This document shows positions 1 through 11,252 of a stretch of DNA of 64,000 nt, piece after piece. Source of the DNA: Utricularia gibba (lineage: Eukaryota > Plantae > Magnoliophyta). Location: contig NEEC01000019.1 in NCBI GenBank assembly GCA_002189035.1, forward strand, positions 2,046,001 through 2,110,000, written 5' to 3'. The notes under the pieces are model-generated. The model was given only the letters and a program-made list of their open reading frames with translations. It had not been told where the DNA came from and searched no databases. The position numbers were made by a program, and so were the translations under genes. Every line of letters starts with the position of its first letter. The stretch's first letter is position 1.

Positions 1-629
1 ACGGTTGCCGCCGGCACAATGGGCTATTTGGCCCCGAATACCTAATCAACGGCCGCGCCACCGAGAAAACGGATGTATTCAGCTTTGGCGCGGTGGTTCT
101 TGAGGTAGCGAGTGGGCGGAGGCCGATCGAGAAGGAAGTGGTGGGCGATGGAAAAGTTGGTGCAACCGCCAATTTAGTGGATTGGGTTTGGAGTTTACAC
201 AGTGAAGGCCGGGTGATCGCAGCGGCGGATCCACTGCTGGAGAATCAATTCGAGGAAGGAGATATGAGAAGAACATTATCCGTTGGGCTTGCCTGCTCCC
301 ACCCGGATCCCACTTGTCGGCCGGCGATGAGAACGGTGGTGCAGATCCTGATCGGAGAGGCCGATATTCCTGTTATCCCGAGAACGAAGCCGAGTTTCAG
401 CTTCACGACATCGGAGCTTCTAGTAAACCTGGAAGACACCATCTCCGACTTGAACGGAATGGTGGCCATGTCGTCGACATCGTCATCGGAGAACAGCTTC
501 CCTATCCTATCCCTGGGAGGGGGAGGGGAGGGGGTTAAACGCTCATTAAATACAGTAGATTTTGTGTTAATTATTAGTAGGTGTGGTAATTATTGGCTCA
601 TAACTATTTATTTCATTTGGTATAATTAA
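1..629 (+). CDS. L-type lectin receptor-like kinase (LecRK-VIII-like), 3' part only; gene starts before the window; apparent -1 frameshift at 32-35
   Basis: Frame 1 reads TVAAGTMGYLAP, then frame 3 from 36 reads EYLINGRATEKTDVFSFGAVVLEVASGRRPIEK...LSVGLACSHPDPTCRPAMRTVVQILIGEADIPVIPRTKPSFSF (kinase subdomains VIII-XI). The true stop may be the TAA near 536-538 if another G is missing from the G-rich end. Confidence 0.85.
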   Translation, partial: GCRRHNGLFGPEYLINGRATEKTDVFSFGAVVLEVASGRRPIEKEVVGDGKVGATANLVDWVWSLHSEGRVIAAADPLLENQFEEGDMRRTLSVGLACSHPDPTCRPAMRTVVQILIGEADIPVIPRTKPSFSFTTSELLVNLEDTISDLNGMVAMSSTSSSENSFPILSLGGGGEGVKRSLNTVDFVLIISRCGNYWLITIYFIWYN

Positions 630-3069
630 AATCCTCCCCCTCCTCCTCCTCGTAGGCAGCACATAAATACAGGCCAGCCCGCACAGCACAGGAAGTCAGG
701 AAGATGATAGATAGACGATGATGTGTTTCTTGTTTTTGGTTTAATCAACCTCATTAAATAGCCTAGGCAGTGCGATAGAGCTGTAGCTCATATGAATGAA
801 TGAATGAGCTAGTTGTCCGTCCCTCCATTGGTTGCTTCAGAATCACACTCCATGAGTTGAGTCGACTCTCACATGCCCACTCCCTACCTTTGAAAAGGAA
901 AAGAAACCGCCCCCACCCCCACCCATGTCGTAGGTGTACCGGTTTGCAACATTTTGACTCCATTAGAAAAAAAAAAAAGGGAAGGGTGATGCGATGATAA
1001 CCCCACCCCCATTCCATTCTATAAATTGTGAGAAGAAAAGTAGGTGGCGTTCCCAATCCCAATCCATTCATCACTCATTAATTCTCATGAGACGCCACGC
1101 CACGCCACGCCAGTCCAAATGTCTATCCCCCAACCAACGCACGCGACTTCATCCATTCCATTCCATTCATTGCAGCGTTTCACAAAGTCCCCGCGTTTCC
1201 TTGTCTCTCGCTATTTGTGTTCTGAATCACTACAACCAACTTCAAGAAACACAAAGTGCTATCCTGGGTGGGAAGGCAAGGCAAGGGACCGACCGCCAGT
1301 CGCCACTACTGTTGTGACAAGAATGCCCTTCACCCACCACCATTTTCCATCTTCACATGATCAACTAACCTTTCTTCTTCTGTTCAACTCAACTCATTTC
1401 TTGTCTCCAAAAGTGTTATCCTTTTTCAAGCCTCTCCTTCCTCCAACTCCAAACTTAAACTTTCTCTTGATGGTTGTGCTTCCGCTGCAGGGAACGGCCA
1501 AATAGATATAGAGAGAGCCTCCCTCATAACTGCCTTGGACAAAAAAAATGTGGAATTTTTTTGTTAATATGCGTAAGTCTAAAAAATTTATCAAAATACC
1601 TGTTATTTTTTTCATCTTTTTTCAACATAAATCCATCGTTATACCTGTAATTTTTATTTAAATTTAATTATTTTAATTAAAATACAAATTTAAAACATCA
1701 ATAATTTACTTTTATATATTAATTCATAAACATTTAACTATTATTCTATTTATGTTTTATATTACAATTTTTTTTTCTATTTTTTAATTATTATTCTTTG
1801 TATCATTAAGAGTAATCCATAAAAATAATTTTTGATTAACAATAACTTTGAAGTAAAATAACTTATCTTAATATATAATAAATACATATTTTAGAAACCG
1901 CTCTCTTTAATACCTGCACTCATAATAACTCGATAGATATCAAACAAGGACTACATGCGGATGCTCCAATTGACATACCTATCTTTTTTCAATGTAGAGA
2001 TAGTTAGTGATGGGGTGTTAGCCATAGGATTTTATAGCTATGATGGCACAATGTTGGAGTCAACTTTGGCAAAGATAAAAAAGTTAACAAACATGAAGAA
2101 AAATAGAGAAATTGTGTGTGGAAGCAAACTTTGAAATGGATAGTTGATCTTTTTCCTACTTGATTACAACATCAAATCTTGTTAACTTTCATAGCCATCT
2201 ATTCTTATCATAAGAAGTTTCTTCATCCCACTAGATTCTGCAATTGCTGCTTTCCACAGCTTCGAGACAAGTGTAAATTTATTCTTCATCACTTCTGGGT
2301 AACAATTTTTTTTTTCTGGGTTTTGGGCTCAACTGTTAACTCTTTTTGCTGAATTAATCTTTAGTATTGGGCTTATATTTGTTGCAGTCTGAGCCCAAGA
2401 GTTGGTTGCTTTACGATGGGATGTGTGAGCTCTAGTTGAATTTTCCTTTTTGATCCAGCCTCCAGGGGCGACTGATTCTTCTGCCAATAACCGGAGGTCT
2501 TGGTTATATCCCAAAAGCTTCTTTGTCCTGGTCAAATCTTGAACTCAATTGGACCCATTTGAGGAGACGATTTCAGAATGATGCCAAAGAGCATACGCCA
2601 TTCCAGCTCGGTGGAATGAGTCCGGTGAGCGCGGTGTGCAGCACTTGCATTTAAGCAGAATCTGTGCTCGAACTTTGTCGTTGATTTGAATTAATCAACC
2701 CAAGACTGAAGAAAGGTGATCGTATCCCTAAGATTCGTCTTCCAGTTTCCCAATTAAGAACTGAACTTATGTTTTTCTGATCCTGTGGTTTGACATTTTC
2801 ACTGTAATTTCTGCTCTTAGTAGTTGGCTTATGATGTTTCCGGAAATCAAGGATTGTTTTTGTGGGTTTTGATAGGATGATGAATATTGGAATTTGGAAT
2901 TTCTCTATTTCCGCATCCTTTTTTGTTTTTAGTGGAGACCGTTCAGTTGACTTCCATCATGATGCATTCTTCTGGAAAGTTGGGTTCGATCAATTTCTGA
3001 ATTGATATGCGAAAAGATCTGATCTTTGGGTATTGATTCTGTGTTAGGTGTTGAAGTATTTTTTGCCCC

Positions 3070-4691
3070 ATGAAGAAGTGTTTTCCATTCTATCATAATT
3101 TCTGGAAGAAGGGAGAATCAAAGAGTACAAGGTCAACTTCTTCTGTTCCCACATTCAGTGGTAACGAAGGGACTAGTAATGCTTCGGAATTGAATCAGCT
3201 GGATGCATCATATACAAGCACTGAAACCAGCGGCCCAATCCAGCTACCTGAAAAATCCAGTAGCCTGAAGCCTTTCACGTTTTCTGAGCTTAAACAAGCC
3301 ACCAGAAACTTTAGCCGCACAGCTAAACTTGGGGAAGGAGGGTTCGGATGTGTATTTAGGGGCGCTATCAAGAGTGCTGAAGATCCCACAAGGAAAGTAG
3401 ATGTTGCTGTTAAGCAACTAGGTAAAGGAGGAATGCAGGTACCTCCACTTCATTCCTGTGTAGTTTCATACTCGCTCTATTAGTGTAACTATGATTAGTG
3501 ATTATTCTAGAAATTAGAGGCATTCTTTATGCTTAGGAACTACTTTATACAATTGCCAAGTCTATTGTGCTATGGCGTGTGTTAAAATGTATAGTTCTTT
3601 GTGACAGGGTCACAAAGAATGGGTTACAGAGGTAAACGTTCTTGGAGTAGTAGAGCATCCAAACCTTGTGAAACTCATTGGCTACTGTGCTGAGGATGAC
3701 GAGAGAGGAATTCAACGGTTGCTTGTATATGAGTACATGCCAAATGGAAGTGTGGAAGACCATTTGTCTTCACGGGCAATCAACCCCCTTTCCTGGGCAT
3801 GAGGCTGAAGATTGCCCTTGATGCTGCACGTGGTTTGGCTTACCTTCACGAAGAAATGGGCTTTCAGGTTTTTTTTTTTTTTTTTTTTTTTGTGTGTGTT
3901 TCTAGTTGACTATTCCGGACATTTCCCCCTCTGAATGATGCGGTTTGTGTTCTGGTTCAACCAGATTATCTTCAGGGATTTCAAGACTTCCAACATTCTG
4001 CTCGATGAACGTTGGAAAGCCAAACTCTCTGACTTCGGATTGGCTCGACTGGGGCCATCGGGGGTGTGACGCACGTAACAACTGCGGTAAGAGAAGCTTT
4101 TCTTTCCTCCCATTTGCTTGGTTCTTTAGGGTTTGCTGATAATTGATTTATTCATTCACTGTGACTGCTGGAAATGCACATAGAACATTTCTTTCTTCTC
4201 AGGTTGTTGGTACGTTAGGCTATGCAGCTCCCGAGTATCTCCAAACTGGTCGCCTCACCGTAAAGAGCGACATCTGGAGCTACGGTGTGTTCCTATATGA
4301 ACTCATTACCGGCAGACGCCCAGTGGATCGTAGCCGCCCCAAGAGTGAACAGAAACTCCTAGAGTGGGTGAAGCCATACTTATCGGATGTCAAGAAGTTT
4401 GAGCATGTCATCGATCCCAGGCTTGAAAAGCGGCAAATTCTTAGATCGGCCTACAAGCTCTCTTTAGTGGCTAACCGCTGCATGCACCGGCATCCAAAAT
4501 CTCGACCCAAGATGAGTGAAGTTCGAGAGATGGTTCACCAGGTCATAATCACGTCGATGTGTGAGCGCAGTCCACAGCATCCCTTGAGCTGTGACAGGGA
4601 GCAGGATGGAACTTTCCATAAAAGCGGAGGAGCCCATAACAAGGCTGTAGATGGCTGCCTCTTGTTTCTCCTCGGTAAGCCTCGCTCATAG
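3070..4691 (+). CDS. Receptor-like cytoplasmic kinase VII, PCRK1/PBL40-like; 4 exons; two apparent -1 frameshifts
   Basis: Exons 3070-3438, 3608-3867, 3965-4086, 4203-4691, all GT-AG. Motifs: MKKCF N-terminus, [68 protein letters not shown]. Frame breaks at the G runs 3795-3797 and 4060-4064. Confidence 0.9.
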
Positions 4692-5946
4692 GCACCACGC
4701 TTGTGTGCGACTGAAGAATATTCAGAATAGCATTTCCTTTGCTCTGGTGAGTGCATGCCATGCACCTCATTCATGTAAATACCAACAGGAACAAAAGTTC
4801 AATTTCTCCTTTTGTTTGTTTAGTTGTCGGAGGGGAGTTAATGCAATTAAATGAAAAATGCGTAGGCGCTGACACCGGGAGGGAGTCTATGGGATTGCAA
4901 ACAACCAACGGTGATTTCCAGAACATGATAAAACATTTTTAAACCGAAAATAAATATACTTTTTTTTTGTTTTTTTTTTTGAGGACGTGGCGTACGGGAA
5001 GGGGTCTGTTATTCGGGAAACGACCGGCAGGCGCCAACCAGCGGTATCTGTTTCCTGCTTCTGAGAAGCCAAACGCAACAAGATCTCAAAGTCTTCATTT
5101 TTTATTTCTCATTTTTCAAGTCGTCGAATTTCGCCGCCATTGCGGATCGGATTCTTCCACTCTGTTATCCTCATTCTGACTCTTCACCACAAGTTTGTCG
5201 TCCTCCTTCCTCGTCATTGGTTGATGTAATTCCCATGTACGTATACAATTCAGGGGCACCTTGAGATTTGCTTTGGAATACCATTGTGCGCTTTGGTGTA
5301 TTTCTGGGATCGGATTGGAATTGAAACTGACTTCCTTAGGAGTTGGTTTGTTTGTTTGTTTGTTTGATTTTTGATACTCTGGCGATTCATGAGCTTTGTT
5401 TTTATGAAATGGGCTAGCCTCAGTGTCCCGGTTATGTTCTCCGATTCTGTGAAGTCGTCATGCTGATTTTCTTTTTTAATGGTAACCGAGTAGTTATTTA
5501 TGACGGTATCAGATGCAAGATGAGCTGTTTCGTGTGAAGAAGCTGCTCTTTCTGGCATCTTCTGATCGTAAACAATTGCCCTAGGAAACTGTTCACTTTT
5601 TGGGGTCTCGGATTTTGGAGATCGAATTTTGATATTGTTTCATCTGATAGAGAGGTGGGGGTTTTGGGTAAGGATGAGTGCTCAATATATGACATACTGG
5701 TTCTACACGATGCTTTTCTATGCTTCATTTCTTTGAACAACAGCATGTGTTGTTTGAGCTCAGGGACATCTGCTGAAGGTTCCAGTGTCCTGATCGATCA
5801 CCACTCCGGACACTTTTGAATGTTTTCAATTTCGGATGTTTTTTTCTTCATATGCTTTGTTGGATTGGAGATCTCATATGTGGTTTTAAACTAGGTCCTT
5901 GATTGTTCCATTTGGACAAGTATATAAGTACGCGGGTGAAGAACAG

Positions 5947-7662
5947 ATGCATGAACCTGAACCAGACGCCAGTCAATTGAGCTTCTTCAACATTGACAAC
6001 TTTTTTAGTACCAATTACTATGGAGACAACTCCCAATATGAAGTGGAAAGTGTTCATGACCAATATCTCAAAGATTATGGTTTCCCTTCCATGAACACTG
6101 ATGGTGATGAAGTTCTTGCACACTTACTTCAACAAGAAGAACTTCGCCGGGTATCGATAGAACAGTCACCTGATTTACCCCATTCAGGGGAAGAATACTT
6201 GCGGAGTTCCTACGCGGTACCCAAGTGGCTCAATTCTTCAAATGAGTATTGCCTTGGTATATTCTCATCCTAAAGACTCTTGCTTTTCCTGTTGCCTGAG
6301 GTGGTCCTCCATTTCATTAATTACCTGTCTACTGTTCAGCGCCAGAGCGTGGCTTTCATGAGCCTGATGATGATGCTCGGAGCTTTTTCTGCAGTCCTCA
6401 TAAAAAATCAGACGATGGGGGTGATGGCTTCTTGGACATAACAGACGAAACTGAATTGGATGGAGAAGTTGGAAATAGGCTTCATCAAATGAATCCTGTT
6501 CCTGTAAGTACCAGCCCCTCGTTATATTGAAGGGAAATCTTGAGTCAGGAGCTAGTGCTTGTGTAAGATAAAGATGTTGAATCGGAATCTGGCTAAGAGT
6601 TTACCTTATACTATGTAGCATGTTCCCAGAATCAATGGAGACATGCCTTCAGCTGATGAAGCCACGTCCGACCATCAAAGACTGCTGAGCAGGTGCTTCT
6701 CATTTTTCTGAACTGGGGTCTCAAATAAGACGGATTAGGACTTCTTGTAGCTAGTTTTTCGTCTTCATCAACAGTTAGATTGTTTCAAATGTTCATGTTG
6801 CAGATTGCAGCTCTATGACTTAATTGAGCACAAAGTTGAGGGAGACGGGAACTGCCAGTTTCGTGCGTTGTCAGACCAATTGTATCGAACACCTGACCAC
6901 CATGAGTTTGTAAGAGAGCAAGTTGTCCAGCAGGTGCATTGAGTTACTCGCATTTTCTTGATCATCGTGGGTATGTCCAGTGGCTATTGCTGATGAATCA
7001 CATGTATGTGCAGCTGAAAACACATCCCAAAATGTACGATATGTACGTCCCCATGGATTACGCCGAGTATCTGGAAAAGATGTCCAAGTAAGGCCTTCCA
7101 TCTTGAGTGTCGCTCTCATCTGCATCATCACTGACCTTCGCCTTATACCTGTTAATTAGGAACGGTGAGTGGGGTGATCATGTAACACTGAAAGCTGCTG
7201 CTGACTGGGTATCATGTCCATATCTGGCGAATCCATTCATACCTTTGTCTAAGCTGTTGCCTTGAATTCATTTCCTCCCCTTTTTCAACAGTATGGTGTG
7301 CGAATCACTATCGTGACTTCATTTAAAGACACCTGCTACATCGAGATTCTTCCCATACAACAGAAGTCAAAGAGAGGTGACATTTGTTTCTCTTTTGCTC
7401 TGATCTGATCATATTTATCATATTCTCTCCCGTGAGTGACAAAGTCTTCATGTTGTACACACGCAGTCATATGCTTGAGCTTCTGGGCTGAAGTGCATTA
7501 CAACTCAATTTACCCTCAAGGAGGTAAACTCGATCCCCCTCCCTCCCCTTTATGACTTAGTACCTTTGTCTCCGGACTTTCTTTCAACTGAATTCTTGCT
7601 TTTCGCCAGAGATTCCTCCAAGTGACTTTAAGAGGAAAAAGAGGTGGTGGGACTTCTCATAA
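5947..7662 (+). CDS. OTU-domain cysteine protease / deubiquitinase (plant OTU9-12 clade), 9 coding exons
   Basis: Exons 5947-6256, 6340-6503, 6619-6692, 6804-6933, 7014-7087, 7160-7208, 7292-7376, 7467-7523, 7610-7662 splice in frame. Motifs: LDGEVGNRLHQMNPVP, HVPRING, catalytic GDGNCQFRALSDQLY, GEWGDHVTLKAAAD, SFWAEVHYNSIY; ends KRKKRWWDFS*. Confidence 0.93.
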
Positions 7663-8268
7663 CAGGCAGTAGAAGTCATGGGCTGCCGGATTGATTCTCA
7701 ACTGCCCCGGCCAAAGTACTTTGTTTTGTGCAACACGTACTTCACAAAAATACCACATTTTCAGTTAAAATATATGGCTCCCATGCCATGGTATACACAT
7801 GACTGTAGCAACACACACAAGAAAATTGTTAAATCAACATTTTTGTAGGAATGGTTTTAGTACCTCACTGTAGCGGATGACTGATGAGAGTTTAAAGTAC
7901 TCAATTCCATAGAAGACAGATGGGTTTTACGGATGAATGAATTTAAACTTCAAATCCATATGTGCGAATTTAAATCTTTGTGATTTTTTTATGTCGAAAA
8001 ATATAGGGATTACACTAAACTTATAGTAAATGAAAATATCTTATCCTACATATTTAAAAGTGTATGTACTTTTATTTACAAAATATTATATCTAGAGAGT
8101 ATTTATGTATCTTTTTTTGTAAATTAAATTAAATAACTTGTACAAGTGCATTATAACTGACTCTTTTTTAAATAGTACTGTCCACTTACCATATCCAAGT
8201 ATATCTTTGTAAATTAATCTCACCAACAGGTCGCCTATTTCTCCAACAGAGCGGGTCATAATCCTATA

Positions 8269-8335
8269 TGGGCCCGTTCATTCTAAATTAGCCCGATAGG
8301 TTGAGCTATGTACAGAGGCCCCAATAATGGGCCCA
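8269..8335 (+). promoter_or_regulatory. Site II (TGGGCC) motif cluster upstream of the 98-aa gene
   Basis: TGGGCC at 8269-8274 and 8328-8333, plus overlapping GGCCCA at 8330-8335; 75-140 nt upstream of the ATG at 8408. Confidence 0.5.
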
Positions 8336-8407
8336 GTAGGTAGTTTCTCGCTGAGGAGATAAGGGGCTCTACGCCTGCGGAGCGGAGAACGGAGCGGCGA
8401 GACAGAA

Positions 8408-9184
8408 ATGGAGAAGTACTTCGGAAATGCGTATCGTGGTGACCCGGGGGTTCCTCACGCTGACCCCGACAATTTTGTCAACATATGGATTGGGTCGGCG
8501 CTTTTCTCTGCCCTCACTTGGAGCAATCCCTACTTGTGGCAGCTTTCTAGCCAGTTCAAGTAATGTTCCACTTCTCTGTTCTCGATGTGCTGTTTCGTGG
8601 AGTTTCCGATTTTTTTCATTTTTTGATGAGTTTTGGCTGAGTTGTGTAGTGGAAAAGGGCTACACTGTGATTGAACGCGATTTATCTGTTAGATTATGTC
8701 TGAAATCTTCCATAGCATCTCCAGGATACTGCCTGTTCGACTATTTTCCCTTGTTGATTTGATTTCTGCAGTTGGCATGACCACGCCATGATGTTTGAAC
8801 ATTACCACTGGAAGAAAGCGCGTGCAAAGAACAAACCCTATGAATTTCAGGTACGTGACTGGACTCCGATTTTCAAATTCAGAATACCCAACTCCTGCGC
8901 CCCTTTCGTGTGCAAGCTTATTGTGCCAACCCTATTTTGCAACTCTGTTAGACCAGACAAATTGCGTACTAGCTTCTTGAGATTTCGATGTCCGATTAAT
9001 GTATCCGTTGGATGCATCATCTCATAAAGCAGTGAGAAATATTTAGAGGCTACACCCAATATGAGGTTTTGCTGACTTGCCCGAAATGTTTCACACCAAT
9101 GCTGCATTTTTTTGGCAGTGGAACAAGATGCCCCATGAAATAAGGGAATCCTACTACTTCAACTGGCCTGTGTATTTCCCCTGA
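8408..9184 (+). CDS. Small 98-aa uncharacterised plant protein (aromatic-rich, one hydrophobic segment), 3 exons
   Basis: Exons 8408-8559, 8772-8850, 9119-9184 with GT-AG and matching phases give MEKYFGNAYRGDPGVPHADPDNFVNIWIGSALFSALTWSNPYLWQLSSQFNWHDHAMMFEHYHWKKARAKNKPYEFQWNKMPHEIRESYYFNWPVYFP*. I recall a near-identical conserved plant protein of unknown function (unverified). Confidence 0.88.
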
Positions 9185-9440
9185 GCGGGACTTCTGAACA
9201 AAGTTAGAGGTGCCTATGGATGTCTCTAGGTAATATGGATGCTTTCTATGGATTGACGTACTTGTGTTACCAAGAGTCTGTTCGCCTACTCTTCCTAAAT
9301 GTGGTTTAAATTCTACCATCTACGCATCGAATGCACAGATGTTGAACGAATTTATGGATTGAATGCTTATTCATAAAATGTCTGCAAGGACATGTTTTTA
9401 TATCTGTTGTTTGTTCCACAAAGTTGAGCACCAGGAACAA

Positions 9441-11252
9441 TTACCATGTTGGTGCATAGGAGGCACATACAAATCTCTCGGTATCATTTTGGATGGAGCC
9501 ACGCGACACGACAATGCGTCGCGAGTAGCACCCCAACTTATCCCTTGTGTCATAGTTTTGCACAGTAGTTGCCGCTCCAGACAGCACATCATGGTCCTGC
9601 ACAAACATCCAACCATCGGCTTTTTGTACGTTCACTAGACTGCTCTTCTTCTTCGTGCTGCCTGCTTCACGCTTCTCCTGATTCACTGAATGCTCCAGTT
9701 TCGTGGAGACGAGGTAAGTGTCATCGCGCGATCCTGGGAAGGTAGAAGTTTTCATTTTGAGAGGGTACTTGTATTTGTTCTCCACAGTCAACTTTCTGCC
9801 TGTCCAGTTCTCCACAACCCTCACATTTGTCTTCCCACGGATCTCGTGTTTCACCGACTTGTCAGCTCCCTTGTTGCTGAAGTTTATGGTGTTGTAGAAG
9901 CTCAATTTCGTGGAGACGTGGACGGTGATATTTCCGGCGCTGGAATATACCCATCCTGAGAACTCGCTCTCCCGCGTTGCTTCGATGTCGAATTCCCCGT
10001 CCAGCAGTTGAAAATGGGACGATCGCCGGACACAAGTATTTGGATGGCGATACTTTATGGCTCCGGCTTGTACTTCATCAGCCCCACCATCCAGCCACAG
10101 GTGGAGATTCGCATCCAGAAGCCAAAATGGAATGGCATCGGCGACACTGAGCCCCAGAAAATGTTCTTCTCCGTCGAGGAGAATGCCTAAGAAGGGTGTC
10201 AAATCTATTTCGTGTGAAGGTAAATTGAAAGCTCCGATTGAAACCATGGGTTCCCAGAACAAGGGATTGATCCCGCCTGTGAAGATAACTGGAAATGGGA
10301 TCACCGATGCAACTATATCATCGTCGATTTTCATCAGGATTTCGCGAAATGCGCCATGGCCTCTCTTTGTGGGCAGATTGTTTGCAGTTATGTAGGCATC
10401 CGGTGGATTAGAGTACCAAAATTCATCGTTCCCGTGAGAGGAAACGTAGAGCTCGATCACTGCTCGGTATGTATTCGAAGGAATTCTTATTGCCTGGTAA
10501 ATTGTGTCTAATTCCTTCTCAATTCGAAACCAGAATCCACCTTCTCCAGTTGCAGATACGGGAATAATCAAATCCGCCGGATTCTCGTCCAAATCGAGAG
10601 ATTCTCCTCTGGTTTTCCGATCTGATGGCGGAAGTAAACTCAACGGGAGGCCATCAGCGTTAAAATCCTCAACATCGTAATAGAGGAAAGTAAGAGTGAT
10701 CCGGTAAAGGCCGGTGTAGACGTCATTAACGACGTTCTCGAGCATAACGGCGAGAGTGAGATTGCGGTGGCGGAGGAGGGAAGCATACCTGGTGACATCT
10801 TTCTCAACATTCCAGAAGATCCCTTCTGGGGTGGGCTCAGGAGTGCTGGTGCGGAGAATCTCGGCCCCCGAGAGCCAAACTGCGGCTATGCGGTCGTACT
10901 GGGAGCCATTAGAGGAGCCTGAGAAGCGCAGTAGAGCGCGTGACCATTCGCAGTTCCTCGGAGCAGAGTAATTGGCGGTGGTGGGAGGGAAATTGATGGT
11001 GTTGGCGAAGACATGTGTAAGAACACGGAGAGTGCAGGAGGGTTCGAGCGAGTCGAACGGAAGAGGGCGGGTGACCTCAAAAAACTCCTTTTCCTGTGGG
11101 GCGTCGCGGCGGTGAAAAGACGGCTTGAGAAAACGGGATTGGTGGCGGAGTGACAATGGGGTGTCGATCACGGCGTCAATGCTGGGAACCGCAAGGAAGA
11201 GAAGAAGAAGAAGAAGAAGAAGAAGAAGAAGAAGAGGAGGAGGAGAACGCAT
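9441..11252 (-). CDS. Peptide-N4-(N-acetyl-beta-glucosaminyl)asparagine amidase A (PNGase A family), single exon, 603 aa
   Basis: Intact ORF with a poly-Leu signal peptide; motifs FFEVTRPLP, QYDRIAAVWLSGAEILRTSTPEP, HGNDEFWYSNPP, GHGAFRE, PFPVIFTGGINPLFWEP. Confidence 0.95.
   Translation of the reverse strand: MRSPPPLLLLLLLLLLLLFLAVPSIDAVIDTPLSLRHQSRFLKPSFHRRDAPQEKEFFEVTRPLPFDSLEPSCTLRVLTHVFANTINFPPTTANYSAPRNCEWSRALLRFSGSSNGSQYDRIAAVWLSGAEILRTSTPEPTPEGIFWNVEKDVTRYASLLRHRNLTLAVMLENVVNDVYTGLYRITLTFLYYDVEDFNADGLPLSLLPPSDRKTRGESLDLDENPADLIIPVSATGEGGFWFRIEKELDTIYQAIRIPSNTYRAVIELYVSSHGNDEFWYSNPPDAYITANNLPTKRGHGAFREILMKIDDDIVASVIPFPVIFTGGINPLFWEPMVSIGAFNLPSHEIDLTPFLGILLDGEEHFLGLSVADAIPFWLLDANLHLWLDGGADEVQAGAIKYRHPNTCVRRSSHFQLLDGEFDIEATRESEFSGWVYSSAGNITVHVSTKLSFYNTINFSNKGADKSVKHEIRGKTNVRVVENWTGRKLTVENKYKYPLKMKTSTFPGSRDDTYLVSTKLEHSVNQEKREAGSTKKKSSLVNVQKADGWMFVQDHDVLSGAATTVQNYDTRDKLGCYSRRIVVSRGSIQNDTERFVCASYAPTW
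11201..11233. repeat. (GAA)11 microsatellite encoding the poly-Leu signal peptide of PNGase A
   Basis: Perfect GAA tract read directly; it reads (CTT)n on the coding strand. Confidence 0.9.

Noticed and set aside
1044-1560. 153-aa ORF and a weak KLSLDGC (RNase H-like) hint
   Set aside because: The ORF starts at GTG, runs through microsatellites and has no recognisable domain; the RNase H resemblance is only a few residues.
2251-2263. Partial miR396-like sequence TTCCACAGCTT
   Set aside because: Only about 11 nt match and no complementary star arm nearby.
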